A DNA stretch of 64,000 bases from Pseudomonadota bacterium. GTDB taxonomy: Bacteria > Pseudomonadota > Gammaproteobacteria > Steroidobacterales > Steroidobacteraceae. The DNA lies in assembly GCA_037200665.1 (NCBI GenBank), contig JBBCGD010000002.1:252161-316160 (forward strand), read 5' to 3'. The translations under genes and the position numbers were made by a program. The notes under the pieces are model-generated. The model made no database searches, was not told where the DNA came from, and saw only the letters and a list, made by a program, of their open reading frames with translations. Positions 32,100 to 42,824 of the stretch are shown one piece after another; positions within the stretch are counted from its first letter, which is position 1, and every line of letters starts with the position of its first letter.

Positions 32100-34890
32100 G
32101 TGCTCCAGTTTCTTACGCGTGTTTTTGGCAGCCGCAACGAACGCATCGTGCGCGGCTACAGGGGCCTGGCCAACTCGGCCGGGAAGTTCGAACAGGGCCT
32201 GGGGGCGCTGTCCGATGCGGCGCTTGGCGCCAAGACCGAGGAATTCCGCGCACGCCTCAAGGATGGCGTGACGCTGGATGACCTGCTGCCCGAGGCTTTC
32301 GCGGTAGTGCGCGAAGCCGCGCGCCGCACGCTGGGCATGCGCCACTTCGACGTGCAGCTCATCGGCGGCATGACCCTGCACGAGGGGCGCATCGCCGAGA
32401 TGCGCACCGGCGAGGGCAAGACGCTGATGGCGACGCTGGCCGCCTATCTCAATGCACTGCCGGGCGAAGGCGTGCACGTCGTCACCGTCAACGAATATCT
32501 GGCCGGCCGCGACGCCGACTGGATGCGTCCCGTGTTCGGCTTCCTCGGGCTGACCGTGGGCGTGATCCGCAACTCGCAGAGTTCGGAAGAAAAGCGCGCG
32601 GCCTACGGCTGCGACATCACCTACGGCACCAACAACGAATTCGGCTTCGACTACCTGCGCGACAACCTGGCCTACCGTCTGGAAGACCGCGTGCAGCGCA
32701 GCCTTTCCTTCGCTGTCATCGATGAGGTGGATTCCATCCTCATCGATGAGGCGCGCACGCCGCTGATCATCTCCGGCCCGGCCGAGGAGAACACCGAGCT
32801 CTACCTCGCCATCAACAAGCTGGTGCCGCAGCTCAAGGTGCAGAAGGAAGAGGAAGGTCCCGGCGACTACGCGGTGGACCTGAAGCAGAAGCAGGTACAC
32901 ATCACCGAGGAAGGCCACGAGCGCGTCGAGCGGCTGATGGCCGAGCACGGCCTGCTGCGCGAAGGCGAGAGCCTCTACGACGCGGCCAACATCCGCCTGA
33001 TGCATCACCTGAACGCGGCGCTGCGCGCGCATGCCATCTACAAGCGCGATGTCGAATACATCGTGCGCAATGGCGAAGTGATCATCGTCGATGAATTCAC
33101 GGGTCGCACCATGCCGGGCCGGCGCTGGTCCGATGGCCTGCACCAGGCGGTGGAAGCGAAGGAAGGCGTGCGCGTGCGCGAGGAGAACCAGACGGTCGCC
33201 TCGATCACTTTCCAGAATTACTTCCCGCCTGTACAAGAAGCTGTCCGGCATGACCGGCACCGCCGATACGGAAGCGCCGGAGTTCCTGCAGATCTATGGC
33301 CTCGAGGTCGTGGTGATCCCTACGCATCGGCCAATGGTCCGCAAGGACATGCCGATCTCGTGCATCTCACCGCCCACGGACAAGTACAAGGCCATCATCG
33401 AGGACATCCGTGACTGCGTGACGCGCAAGCAGCCGGTGCTCGTGGGCACGACCTCGATCGAAAGCTCGGAACTGCTCTCCACGCTGCTGACCCAGGAGGG
33501 CATCACCCACAATGTGCTGAACGCCAAGCAGCACGAGCGCGAAGCGCAACATCGTTGCGCAGGCGGGCTGGCCCAGTGCCATCACCATCGCCACCAACAT
33601 GGCCGGCCGCGGTACGGGACATCCAGCTCGGCGGAAATTTCGAAGCCGAGATCACCGATGAAAGCGGCGCAGGGCAGGGGGAAAGTGGACGACGCGCGTC
33701 GCGCCGAGCTGAAGGCGGCCTGGCAGAAGCGCCATGAAGAAGTGCTCGCCGCCGGCGGCCTGCACATCGTCCGGCACGGACGCCATGAATCCCGCCGCAT
33801 CGACAACCAGTTGCGTGGTCGCTCCGGCCGCCAGGGTGACCCGGGCTCGTCACGCTTCTATCTGTCGATGGAAGACACGCTGATGCGCATCTTCGGCGAC
33901 CCGAACCGCACCAAGCGCCTGCTGCAGTTCGCCGGCATGAAGGAAGGCGAGGTCATCGAATCGAACCTGCTGACGCGCCAGATCGAGAAGGCACAGCGCA
34001 AGGTCGAGGCGCACAACTTCGACATCCGCAAGCAGCTGCTGCTGTTCGATGATGTGGCGAACGACCAGCGCAAGGTGGTTTACCAGCAGCGCACGGGCCT
34101 GCTGGGTGCGACCGATCTCTCCGAAGCCGTGGCCAGCATGCGCGAGGATTCGGTGAATGCGCTCATTGACCAGTTCGTACCGCCGCAGACCGCACCCTCG
34201 GATTGGGATCTCGATGGACTCACGGCCGGGCTGCTGAAGGACTTCAACACCCCATCGAGGCGAAGGGCTGGATCGAGGCCGAGCAGGAACTGGACCAGGT
34301 CACGTTCCGCCAGCGCGCCGTCGATGCCGTGAATGCCGCATACGAGGCGAAGGTGGAGCGCTTCAGCGCGCCGGTGATTCGCCAGATCGAGCGCCAGGTA
34401 GTGCTGCAGAACCTGGACACGGCCTGGCGCGAACACCTCGCTGCCATGGATTACCTGCGCCAGGGATCCACCTGCGCGGCTACGCGCAGAAGGATTACCG
34501 CTACGAGTTCAAGCGCGAAGCCTTCGAGCTGTTCAGCACCATGCTGGATCGCGTGAAGCATGATTCGGCCTCGCTGCTGTCGCGCGTGGAAGTGCGCGAC
34601 CAGGCCGAGGTCGAACGTGAGGAAGCCGAGCAGCGCGAGCGCATGAATGCGCGCACTGCAGGCCCAGCATGCCGAGGTGTCCGCATTGGCTCCCGCGCCG
34701 GAACCGGAGCAGCCCCGCCGACGCAGCACGCCGAGGCCTGCGCAGATGGGCCTTCCGTCTGCGCCATGGCGGCGCGGGACCAGCGCAAGCACCCTTCGTC
34801 CGTGGCGATCGCAAGCTCGGCCGCAATGAACCCTGCCCCTGTGGCTCCGGCAAGAAGTACAAGCAATGCCACGGGAGCCTCTCCTCGTAG
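32100..34890 (+). pseudogene. secA: Preprotein translocase ATPase SecA, broken by multiple single-base indels as read (probably sequence errors)
   Basis: [20 protein letters not shown]...MRTGEGKTL...VTVNEYLA (ORF 32100..). It continues in ORF 33091.. ([18 protein letters not shown]...), with local out-of-frame patches, and ends in ORF 34669..34890 with the zinc motif [14 protein letters not shown]. Confidence 0.9.
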
Positions 34891-35315
34891 TCGCGGCCGC
34901 GCTCCTGCGGCGTGGACCCGGAGCGGGCATCGAAGTGCTGATCGCCCAGCGTCCGCCCGGCAAGTGGCAGGCGGGTCGCTGGGAATTTCCCGGCGGCAAG
35001 ATCGAACCCGGCGAAACCGCGGAAGCAGCACTGCGCCGTGAGCTCATGGAGGAGCTGGGCGTCAACGCGCTCGAGCTCGTTGAATTGCGCCGCTTCCACC
35101 ACGACTATCCGGATCGCAGCGTCGAGATCGCGTTGTGGCTGGTGCCGCGCTTCGAAGGCGAGCTGCTGGGCCACGATGGGCAGCAATTGCGCTGGGTCGC
35201 ACCGACCGACCTCATCCATTGCGACCTGCTCGAAGCCGACCTGCCGATGATCGAACCACTGCTGGCTGGAGTGCCGGCGATTAGACTGGAACCAACGAAG
35301 AGAGTGATGCCATGA
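34866..35315 (+). CDS. mutT: Nudix hydrolase, 8-oxo-dGTP diphosphatase-like
   Basis: Nudix box [24 protein letters not shown]. Lies immediately after secA, as in E. coli. Confidence 0.85.
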   Translation: MPREPLLVVAAALLRRGPGAGIEVLIAQRPPGKWQAGRWEFPGGKIEPGETAEAALRRELMEELGVNALELVELRRFHHDYPDRSVEIALWLVPRFEGELLGHDGQQLRWVAPTDLIHCDLLEADLPMIEPLLAGVPAIRLEPTKRVMP

Positions 35316-35325
35316 GCAACGACCG

Positions 35326-35697
35326 ATGATGCCCGAGATCCGCTTTGATGCCGCCGGCCTCTACCAGGAGGACGTGTTCACCGATAACGCGCCGCTGGCA
35401 CCATCCGTCGCCTGCGGCCGGTTCTGGAGAGCGGCGAGCCCGACGCGGCGCGCCCCGTGCTGTTCAGCGGCCAGACACAACTGCTGACTCCGGGTGGCGT
35501 GCTGCCGCTGGGCTTCGAGATCGAAGCGGCCAGCCTCGAGGACGCCATCGACAAGGTTTCCCGCGGCCGTGCAGGAAGCCCTGAACCAGGCCATCGAAGA
35601 GGCGCGGGAAATGCGTCGCGAAGCGCAGTCGCGCATCGTGGTGCCGGATGCTGGCGCCATGGGCGGCATACCGGGTGGTGGCCGCATCAAACTCTAG
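35326..35697 (+). pseudogene. Conserved-looking hypothetical protein (about 120 aa), with two apparent frameshifts as read
   Basis: Three consecutive frames join into MMPEIRFDAAGLYQEDVFTDN / AGTIRRLRPVLESGEPDAARPVLFSGQTQLLTPGGVLPLGFEIEAASLEDAIDK / FPAAVQEALNQAIEEAREMRREAQSRIVVPDAGAMGGIPGGGRIKL*. I do not recognise the family. Confidence 0.45.
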
Positions 35698-35733
35698 GCG
35701 GGCAACCAGGCGCCACCGCAGGCGCACTGGCCG

Positions 35734-35925
35734 TCAATCCTCGGTCGAGGATTGATCGAGGGACTCAATGCCGCCTTCGTCACCGGCGATGCGCCGGTCG
35801 TCGGCGAACCAGGCACCGAGGTCCACCATGCGGCAACGCTCGCTGCAGAAGGGCCGCCAGGGAAATTCCGCGGACCAGGTCAGCTCACGCTTGCAGGTGG
35901 GGCAGGTAACGCGTGGCGTGACCAC
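35734..35925 (-). CDS. yacG: DNA gyrase inhibitor YacG (zinc-ribbon protein)
   Basis: VTCPTCKRELTWSAEFPWRPFCSERCRMVDLGAWF is the YacG signature. Proposed GVG start is the GTG at 35925. In the track it is fused to zapD (ORF 35734..36747) because of an upstream frameshift. Confidence 0.85.
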   Translation of the reverse strand: MVTPRVTCPTCKRELTWSAEFPWRPFCSERCRMVDLGAWFADDRRIAGDEGGIESLDQSSTED

Positions 35926-35933
35926 GGGCCGGT

Positions 35934-36747
35934 CTAGCAGGTGATCAACGTGAACGCGACGTCGCCCTCGGCCTGCGAGGCGCGCGTGGCGAGGCCGTTC
36001 CATTTCAGGAAGCGCACGCTGCAGCGATGATGGCTGCCGCTGATTTCCGGATACAGCCCGGCCTCGGCGGGCAGGCAGATGCGCAGCAGCTGCAATGGCG
36101 TGTCGCGATCGAAGTTGATGGCGAAGGTGCCACCCACCGCGGTTTCCTTGCGGCTCTTGCCGTTCTGGCGCGTGAGCCACAGCACTTCGGCAACGGCATC
36201 GCATAGCGGACGCAGCAGCGCCAGCCACTCGGTGAAGGCCAGCGTGCGGTTCGCGGCATCCTGGTTGAGCCAGAAGAAGTAGTCCGGCAGGTCGAACTCG
36301 CAGGTGCCACCGGGAATCGAGCTGCGATGCTTGATGGCGGCGAGGAATTCCGAATCGCGCAGCGGCTGCAGGTAGGAATTGCCCGCGGCCGAGACCGCCG
36401 AACGCAGCCGCGCGAGGTTGTTGATGAGCGCGCGCAGGCGGCCACCATCGACGCCGGGTGTGGTTCTCGAAGCCCTCGAGCTGGGCGAGGTGCTTCTCGA
36501 TTTCCTTCAGCACTTCACTGCGCACGTCGGCGCGCGTGGTGATGGCGAGGATGTCGATCAGGCTGCCCACGGCGGCACGGCTGCCCCACTGGCTGGCCTT
36601 CTCGTTGTGGTAAAGCGCCTGGTTATAGAGGTAATCGAGGCGCAGGAAGGTGCGCATCCGCTCGTTGAGCGGTTGCTCGAAGATGAGTGGCGCGCTGCTC
36701 GCCGCACTGGCGGCGGCGCGTTCGGCCAGGACGGGTTCCTGCGACAT
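35934..36747 (-). pseudogene. zapD: Cell division protein ZapD (YacF), with one apparent frameshift near 36460 as read
   Basis: N-terminus IFEQPLNERMRTFLRLDYLYNQALYH...VLKEIEKHLAQLEGFENH. After a 1-nt shift it continues GVDGGRLRALINNL...SIPGGTCEFDLPDYFFWLNQ...LWLTRQNGK...YPEISGSHHRCSVRFL...TLITC*. Confidence 0.85.
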
Positions 36748-36785
36748 CGCGTATTTTGCATAAACAGGCGGGGAAAGTAAGGCCT

Positions 36786-37430
36786 TCAGTTGTCGCGCGG
36801 CTGCGACCCGAGCGCGAGGTAGCGTCGATGCAGGGTTTCCACCTGCGCTGCCAGCTGTCCGATGTCGCCGTCGTTGTCGATGATGTCGTGGGCAAGGGCA
36901 CGACGGGCATCGCGCGTTGCCTGTGCCGCGAGGATCGCTGCGGCTGCGGCTGCATCCACGCCATCACGAACCATCAGGCGCCGTTGCCGGGTATCCGGCT
37001 GTGAGTCCACGAGCAGCACGCGGTCGTAGCGGTCGGCCGTGTTTGTCTCCACCAGAAGCGGGATGGCGATGAGTTGATAGGGGCCACCGGCCGTGCGCGA
37101 GAGCCTTTCGACTTCTTCATGGATGGCGGGATGCGTGATGGCCTCGAGATCCCCGCGGGCCGCGGAGTCAGCGAAGACGAGGCGGCGCATCCGTGCGCGG
37201 TCCAGCGAACCGTTGGCGAGCAGCATGTCCGTACCGAAGCGCGCAGCGATGCGATCCAGCACTGCTGAAGGCGGGACCACGACGTTACGCGCGATCTGAT
37301 CGGTGTCGATGAGCTGCGCGCCCAGCGCGACGAATAGCCTGGCCACGGTGCTCTTGCCGCTGGCCACGCCTCCCGTAAGGGCGATGCGTGGTGCGCGTAG
37401 CCGCTGCTGGTTGCCCCGGACCTTGCTCAT
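36786..37430 (-). CDS. coaE: Dephospho-CoA kinase
   Basis: IALTGGVASGKSTVARLF (P-loop) and IDTDQIARNVV. Lies downstream of pilD, as in Pseudomonas and Xanthomonas. Confidence 0.9.
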   Translation of the reverse strand: MSKVRGNQQRLRAPRIALTGGVASGKSTVARLFVALGAQLIDTDQIARNVVVPPSAVLDRIAARFGTDMLLANGSLDRARMRRLVFADSAARGDLEAITHPAIHEEVERLSRTAGGPYQLIAIPLLVETNTADRYDRVLLVDSQPDTRQRRLMVRDGVDAAAAAAILAAQATRDARRALAHDIIDNDGDIGQLAAQVETLHRRYLALGSQPRDN

Positions 37431-37442
37431 GGCGCGCAGAGA

Positions 37443-38331
37443 CTAGCGCGGTGGACCGTAAAGGCCTAGATACGCGTCCACCAGCCTTGGACCGAAGATC
37501 AGCATCAGCCAGCCCGCTGCTGCCAGGTACGGGCCGAAAGCCATGGGGATGCCAGCCTCGCGCCGGCGCAGCAGGATGGCGCTGATGCCCAGGATCGCAC
37601 CCACGCCCGCTGCCCCGATGACGATGGGCAACAGCATCTGCCAGCCAAGCCACGCGCCCAGCGCGGCGAGCAGTTTGAAATCACCGTAGCCCATGCCTTC
37701 CTTGCCCGTGAGCAGGCGGAAGAGGTGGTACACCGACCAGAGCGCAACGTAACCCGCGATGGCGCCGATGACCGCGGAATGCAGGTCTACCGGCAGCCGG
37801 GCGCCGCTGGCCTGTGGCAGCAGCAATGCCGCGAGCAGGCCCAGCCACAGCAGTGGCAGCGTGAGGTTGTCCGGCAGCAGCTGCGTGTCGATGTCGATGA
37901 AAGCCAGCGCCACGAGGAACCAGGTGAGTACCAGCCCGGCCGCCGTGCTCCAGCTGAATCCGAAGCGCCACGCCACCACCGCGGAAAGCACCGCCGTGAA
38001 CAGTTCCACCAGTGGGTAGCGCGCGCTGATGGATGCGCGGCAGTTTGCGCAACGTCCCTTCAGCAGCAGCCAACTGATGACCGGGATGTTCTGCAGGGCC
38101 GTGATCTGGGGTCTTGCAGGAAGGGCAGGCCGAGCGTGGGCGAACCAAGTCGTAGGGGGCTTCCGCCGGTGCTTCCTTGCCGTCGAGCGCCAGTGCCTCG
38201 CGGCGCCAGCTGCGTTCGAGCATGACCGGCACGCGATGGATGACCACGTTCAGGAAGCTGCCGACCAGCAGCCCGAAGACGAACACGACGCCGACCAGGG
38301 CCGGCATCGAGTCCGCGAGCAGCGCGATCAC
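37443..38331 (-). pseudogene. pilD: Prepilin leader peptidase / N-methyltransferase PilD, with one apparent frameshift near 38108-38111 as read
   Basis: The GTG at 38331 overlaps the pilC stop. N-terminus [14 protein letters not shown]...CPSCKT. After a 1-nt shift in a CCCC run it continues [34 protein letters not shown]... and then ORF 37443..38009 ([11 protein letters not shown]...[19 protein letters not shown]). Confidence 0.9.
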
Positions 38332-39555
38332 ACCACTGCGCCGAGCTTGAAGATCGGCAGGTACATCGCGATCACGAGGCCACCGACCAGCACGCCGAGG
38401 ATGGCCATGATCAGCGGTTCGAGCAGGCTCGACATGGAGTCGACGGCGTTGTCGACTTCGGCTTCGTAGAAGGTGGCGACCTTGCCAGACATGGAATCGA
38501 GGGGCGCCTGCTTCTTCGCCGACGGCGATCATCTGGACCACCATGTTCGGGAAGATGCCGGTATTTTCCATGGCGCGCTGGAGGCGCGTGCCGGTAGCCA
38601 CTTCATCGCGGATCGCGAGCGTGGCGTTTTCGTACACGACGTTGCCGGTGGCGCCGGCGACGGAATCCATGGCCTCAACCAAGGGCACGCCGGCTGCAAA
38701 CATGGTGGACAGCGTGCGCGCAAAGCGCGCAATCGCCGACTTGTGCAGGATGGGCCCGATAATCGGTATTTTCAGCGCCATGCGGTCCTGCCATTCGCGG
38801 AACTTGCGCGAACGCTTGTGGAAATACATGAGCGCGTAGATGCCGCCTCCGATCACAGCCGCGAGGAATATTCCCTTGGTCTGGATGAACTTCGACAGGT
38901 TGATGACCATCTGGGTGAACGCAGGCAGGTCGGCGCCGAAACCCTTGAACAAGTCTTCGAACTGCGGGATCACGAAGATCAGCAGGATCACCGTCACGAC
39001 GATGGCTACCACCATCACCGCCGCGGGATAGAACAGCGCCTTCTTCACCTTGGCCTTCAGCGCCTCGGTCTTTTCCTTGTAGGTGGCGATCTTGTCGAGC
39101 AGGCTTTCCAGCGCACCGGCCTGTTCGCCGGCTTCCACCAGATTCACGAACAGGTCGTCGAAGTGCAACGGCCGCTTGCCCAGCGCCTCGTGCAACGAGA
39201 TACCGCCTTCCACGTCCTGCTTGATGTCCAGGATCAGTTTCTGCATGGCCGGGTTTTCGTGCCCGGCACCCACGATATCGAAGGACTGCACCAACGGGAT
39301 GCCAGCGGCCATCATCGTGGCGAGCTGACGGCTGAACACCGCGATGTCGCCAGGCTTGACCTTGCCACCGACCTTGCTGGACTGCTTCTTTATTCGGTTC
39401 GGCGCCACGCCCTGTTGTCGCAATTGCGCGCGCAACGACAGTTCGTCCTTGGCAAGAGTCCTGCCCTTGACCACTTTGCCGCGCTTGTCCTTGCCTTCCC
39501 AGACGAAGGGGACGTCGCGTTTGATGGTCCGGATTGCAGTGGAGGATTGCGCCAT
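38328..39555 (-). pseudogene. pilC: Type IV pilus platform protein PilC, with one apparent frameshift at the GGGG run 38501-38504 as read
   Basis: The ORF from 39555 is PilC/GspF-like (two T2SF repeats). After ...[10 protein letters not shown] the frame is lost. Removing one base restores [57 protein letters not shown]. Confidence 0.9.
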
Positions 39556-39567
39556 GGTTGAGCGTCC

Positions 39568-41313
39568 TTAGTCGATCGTCACGCTGTTGATTTCTTCGAG
39601 GCTGGTCATGCCCGCCTGTACCTTGGCGAGGCCGGCGCGGCGCAGGTCCCAGACGCCTTCCTTCTTGGCCTGGTCGTTGATGTCGATGGCATTGCCGCCG
39701 GCCATGATGAGGCGGCCGATGGCCTCGGTGACCGGCATCACCTGGTAGATGCCGAGCCGACCCTTGTAGCCGTCGGTGCAGCTCTGGCAGCCCTTGGGGC
39801 CGAACAGCTGCATGCCCTTCGCGATTTCCACCTCGGGAAAACCTTCCTTGCGCAGCGCTTCGGCCGGCACGTCGAGGGGCTGCTTGCAGTTCGGGCACAG
39901 CCGGCGCGCCAGGCGCTGCGCGATGATCAGGGAAACCGAAGTCGCGATGGCGTAGGGCTTCACGCCCATGTCGACCAGTCGCGTCAGCGTTTGCGGCGCG
40001 TCGTTGGTGTGCAGTGTGGAGAGAACCAGGTGACCCGTCTGCGCGGCCTTGATCGCAATCTCCGCGGTTTCCAGGTCGCGGATTTCGCCCACCATCACCA
40101 CGTCCGGATCCTGGCGCAGGAAGGCGCGCAGCGCGGCCGCGAAGGTCAGCCCCACCTTGTTGTTCACGTTGACCTGGTTGACGCCGGGCAGGTTGATTTC
40201 CGCCGGATCCTCGGCGGTGGAGATGTTGGTGTCTTCCTTGTTGAGGATGTTGAGACCGGTGTACAGCGACACCGTCTTGCCGGAACCGGTAGGACCGGTC
40301 ACGAGGATCATTCCCTGGGGCTTGGCCAAGTACTTCATGTACAGGTCTTTCTGGAAGCCCTCGTAACCCAGCGCATCGATGCCGAGCATCGCGGAGCTGG
40401 GATCGAGGATACGCATCACGATCTTCTCGCCGTACAGCGTCGGGCAGGTGCTGACGCGGAAGTCGATGGCGCGCGTCTTCGACAGCTTCATCTTGATGCG
40501 ACCGTCCTGCGGCACGCGGCGCTCGGCGATGTCGAGGCGGCTCATGACCTTCAGGCGCGCGGACAGCTTGCCGGCCAGCTGCACCGGCGGCTGGGCGATT
40601 TCCTTCAGGATGCCGTCCATGCGGTAACGGACGCGATAGGTTTTTTCGTAAGGCTCGAAGTGGACGTCCGATGCGCCGCGCCGGATCGCATCCAGCAGCA
40701 GCTTGTTCACGTAGCGGACGATCGGGGCGTCTTCGACGTCGTCGCGCGAAACGCCTTCGGTCTCGAGGTCGTCGCCGCCGGAGACCTCGAGGCCGTCGAG
40801 CTCCATGCCCTCGTCGTCGGCGATCAGCGGTGTGTTGGCCTCGGCGCCTTCGATGGCCTTGTCCACCAGCCGCTGCAGCTTGTCTTCTTCCACGACCACG
40901 GCATCGACGCCCATGCCGGTCTGGAACTTGATCTCGTCGATGGCGTGCAGGTCGGTGGGATCGGCGACGCCGAGGAACAGGCGCTTGCCGCGGCGGAACA
41001 TGGGCAGCACGCGGTGCTTGGCCAGCAGCTTGTCGGAGACCAGCCGGGTGATTTCGAGATCGATGGGCAGGGCATCGAGGTCGAACAGCGGCACGCCGAA
41101 TTCGCCGGCGGCTGCCTCAGCGATGGTGCGAGGCTTCGCAACACCGGAACCGACCAGCTGGGTGACGAAATGGGACTTCTTTTCCCTGGCGGCAGCAAGG
41201 GCCGTAACGGCATCTTCCTCGCTGATGACCCCGTCTTGCACAAGGCGCTGCGGCAGGCCGGTGAGCCCGCTGCGGTTGCCACTATTGGCCACTAGGGAAA
41301 GGTTGTCGCTCAT
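39568..41313 (-). CDS. pilB: Type IV pilus assembly ATPase PilB
   Basis: 581 aa, intact. GspE-type N-terminal domain, Walker A GPTGSGKT, MVGEIRD, a His box and the tetracysteine motif (CPNC...CQSC). Confidence 0.95.
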   Translation of the reverse strand: MSDNLSLVANSGNRSGLTGLPQRLVQDGVISEEDAVTALAAAREKKSHFVTQLVGSGVAKPRTIAEAAAGEFGVPLFDLDALPIDLEITRLVSDKLLAKHRVLPMFRRGKRLFLGVADPTDLHAIDEIKFQTGMGVDAVVVEEDKLQRLVDKAIEGAEANTPLIADDEGMELDGLEVSGGDDLETEGVSRDDVEDAPIVRYVNKLLLDAIRRGASDVHFEPYEKTYRVRYRMDGILKEIAQPPVQLAGKLSARLKVMSRLDIAERRVPQDGRIKMKLSKTRAIDFRVSTCPTLYGEKIVMRILDPSSAMLGIDALGYEGFQKDLYMKYLAKPQGMILVTGPTGSGKTVSLYTGLNILNKEDTNISTAEDPAEINLPGVNQVNVNNKVGLTFAAALRAFLRQDPDVVMVGEIRDLETAEIAIKAAQTGHLVLSTLHTNDAPQTLTRLVDMGVKPYAIATSVSLIIAQRLARRLCPNCKQPLDVPAEALRKEGFPEVEIAKGMQLFGPKGCQSCTDGYKGRLGIYQVMPVTEAIGRLIMAGGNAIDINDQAKKEGVWDLRRAGLAKVQAGMTSLEEINSVTID

Positions 41314-41570
41314 GTGCCTCGAAACCGGACCGGTCCGTCCCGTTTACGCCGAAAGTCTAGTGCGGCTGCGTGTCGGCGCAACTGTCAAATCAATCGGGAT
41401 GGTCGCATTTGATACCTGGGGGGTGCGTGATTGGAGTCGCAGATAGGGCCTTGGAGCCCTGTCAGGCCCATTTCTGGCTCCAGAGTCTGGATCCGTGAGC
41501 TGACGCCTATCAAGGGCACTACTGTACGCCATAATTTTCCCGTATCGAACGAAGCAGGCTGTCGCAAAAA

Positions 41571-42824
41571 ATGAAAGCGGATTCTCGAGGAATATCGGCC
41601 GACAGGTTAGTGCTCGACTGGCTTATCCCGGCATCTTTTGCGCTGCTGGTTTCGGCCACAATTCGCTTCCACTCACTGGCGCCCGGGCCGAGCATGCCGC
41701 GCATGGTCGGCGACCTGCTGGCCATTGCTGCAATCATGCTGGTTCTCCTGATGGCACTGGGCCGGCATCTCGCCGTGCCGCGCGACATTACCCGGCTACT
41801 GATAGCGCTGGGAGCAGCGGCGGCGGTATCCGTTCTTGGCTCCGGGGGAACCGATATTTCCCTGCTACGGCTGGAGCTCTATCTCGCAATTGCCTTGCTG
41901 GCGATCGTCTTTTACCTTGCACATCGCGACACAGGCCAGATACCACTAGCAAGTTATTTCCTGGGTATCGGGCTCGTACATCTGCCTTTTCTCATGACGG
42001 CGGTGTTGTGGATCAAGGGACTTACGCCACCATTTTGGCAGTATGGTTTGCGCGTCGCCGATTTCGCACATGTGCGACAGTTCGGAGAGTTTGGATTTTT
42101 CGCTGCAGTCAGCAGCACAGCTCTGACGGCGCTGTCCCGGCGCGCGGGTCTGCCTGCTTTCCTGCTCGCATTCGCAGCGGTGTTCGGCATCGTGTTGACG
42201 GGTTGCCGTGGCGCGTTGTTGTCGTGGATCCTCTTTGTGGTGTTGTTGTGTTTCTTCAGCCCGGCACGTCTGCGGATCGCGGTGCACGGGTTTGCCGTAC
42301 TGGCGTTGAGCGCTGGCCTGGTCTGGTACCTCGATCACTCAGGGTTGTTGCCGTCGCCAAATATCTTCAATCGGGTAGCCCAGCTTGCCCAGGGCGAAGG
42401 TCCCGGTTTTGATAGCGGGCGAATCCCCTTGTGGATGTCTTCACTCAAGCAAATCGCCGCCCATCCGCTGTTCGGCAGTGGCCCGGAAGGCTACTGGCTG
42501 TCGGGCTGTTGTGACCGCACGATCATGCAGGCGCATGACTTCATCCTGCAGTTCCTGATGGAATTTGGCGCAGTCGGTTGCAGCATCCTGGCGCTGATCG
42601 TCATTCGGACCATCAAGCATCTCGGCGGCGGCGCTGCGCTTCTGAAGCGTGCGGGTGCGACACCGGGCAATCGCATCCTCTCGTGCCTGATGGTGGCCTA
42701 TCTGGCTTACAGCCTGATTGACCAGACGATGTACCACCTGGTGCCGCTACTGCATATGGCGCTTTTCAGCGGATTGCTTGCCGCAGGCTTGGCGCAGGCG
42801 CGTATCACTGTAGCTTCGACTTGA
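41571..42824 (+). CDS. Wzy_C-type polytopic membrane protein (O-antigen ligase / PglL-TfpO-like O-oligosaccharyltransferase family)
   Basis: 417 aa with about 10-12 hydrophobic segments. The characteristic loop reads GCRGALLSW ... SGRIPLWMSSLKQIAAHPLFGSGPEGYW ... QAHDFILQFLMEFGAVG (family pattern R..W...i...P.fG.G.g.....HN..Lq...E.G..G). Lower GC than its flanks. Lies between pilB and pilA. Confidence 0.75.
   Translation: MKADSRGISADRLVLDWLIPASFALLVSATIRFHSLAPGPSMPRMVGDLLAIAAIMLVLLMALGRHLAVPRDITRLLIALGAAAAVSVLGSGGTDISLLRLELYLAIALLAIVFYLAHRDTGQIPLASYFLGIGLVHLPFLMTAVLWIKGLTPPFWQYGLRVADFAHVRQFGEFGFFAAVSSTALTALSRRAGLPAFLLAFAAVFGIVLTGCRGALLSWILFVVLLCFFSPARLRIAVHGFAVLALSAGLVWYLDHSGLLPSPNIFNRVAQLAQGEGPGFDSGRIPLWMSSLKQIAAHPLFGSGPEGYWLSGCCDRTIMQAHDFILQFLMEFGAVGCSILALIVIRTIKHLGGGAALLKRAGATPGNRILSCLMVAYLAYSLIDQTMYHLVPLLHMALFSGLLAAGLAQARITVAST

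Noticed and set aside
35734-36747. 337-aa minus-strand ORF that looks like a ZapD-YacG fusion
   Set aside because: A frameshift near 36460 moves ZapD into the yacG frame. The true ZapD C-terminus (…YPEISGSHHRCSVRFL…TLITC*) is in the neighbouring frame and stops at 35934-36.
37681-39555. 624-aa minus-strand ORF that looks like a PilC-PilD fusion
   Set aside because: It is a chimera produced by a 1-bp indel at 38501-38504. After ...[10 protein letters not shown] the frame is wrong for PilC, briefly coincides with the PilD N-terminal frame, then goes out of frame again. Correcting single bases gives separate canonical PilC and PilD.
41344-41567. Small minus-strand ORFs (62 and 60 aa) in the pilB / Wzy_C intergenic region
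   Set aside because: They overlap each other in different frames, have no RBS or recognisable motif, and lie in the likely divergent promoter region.
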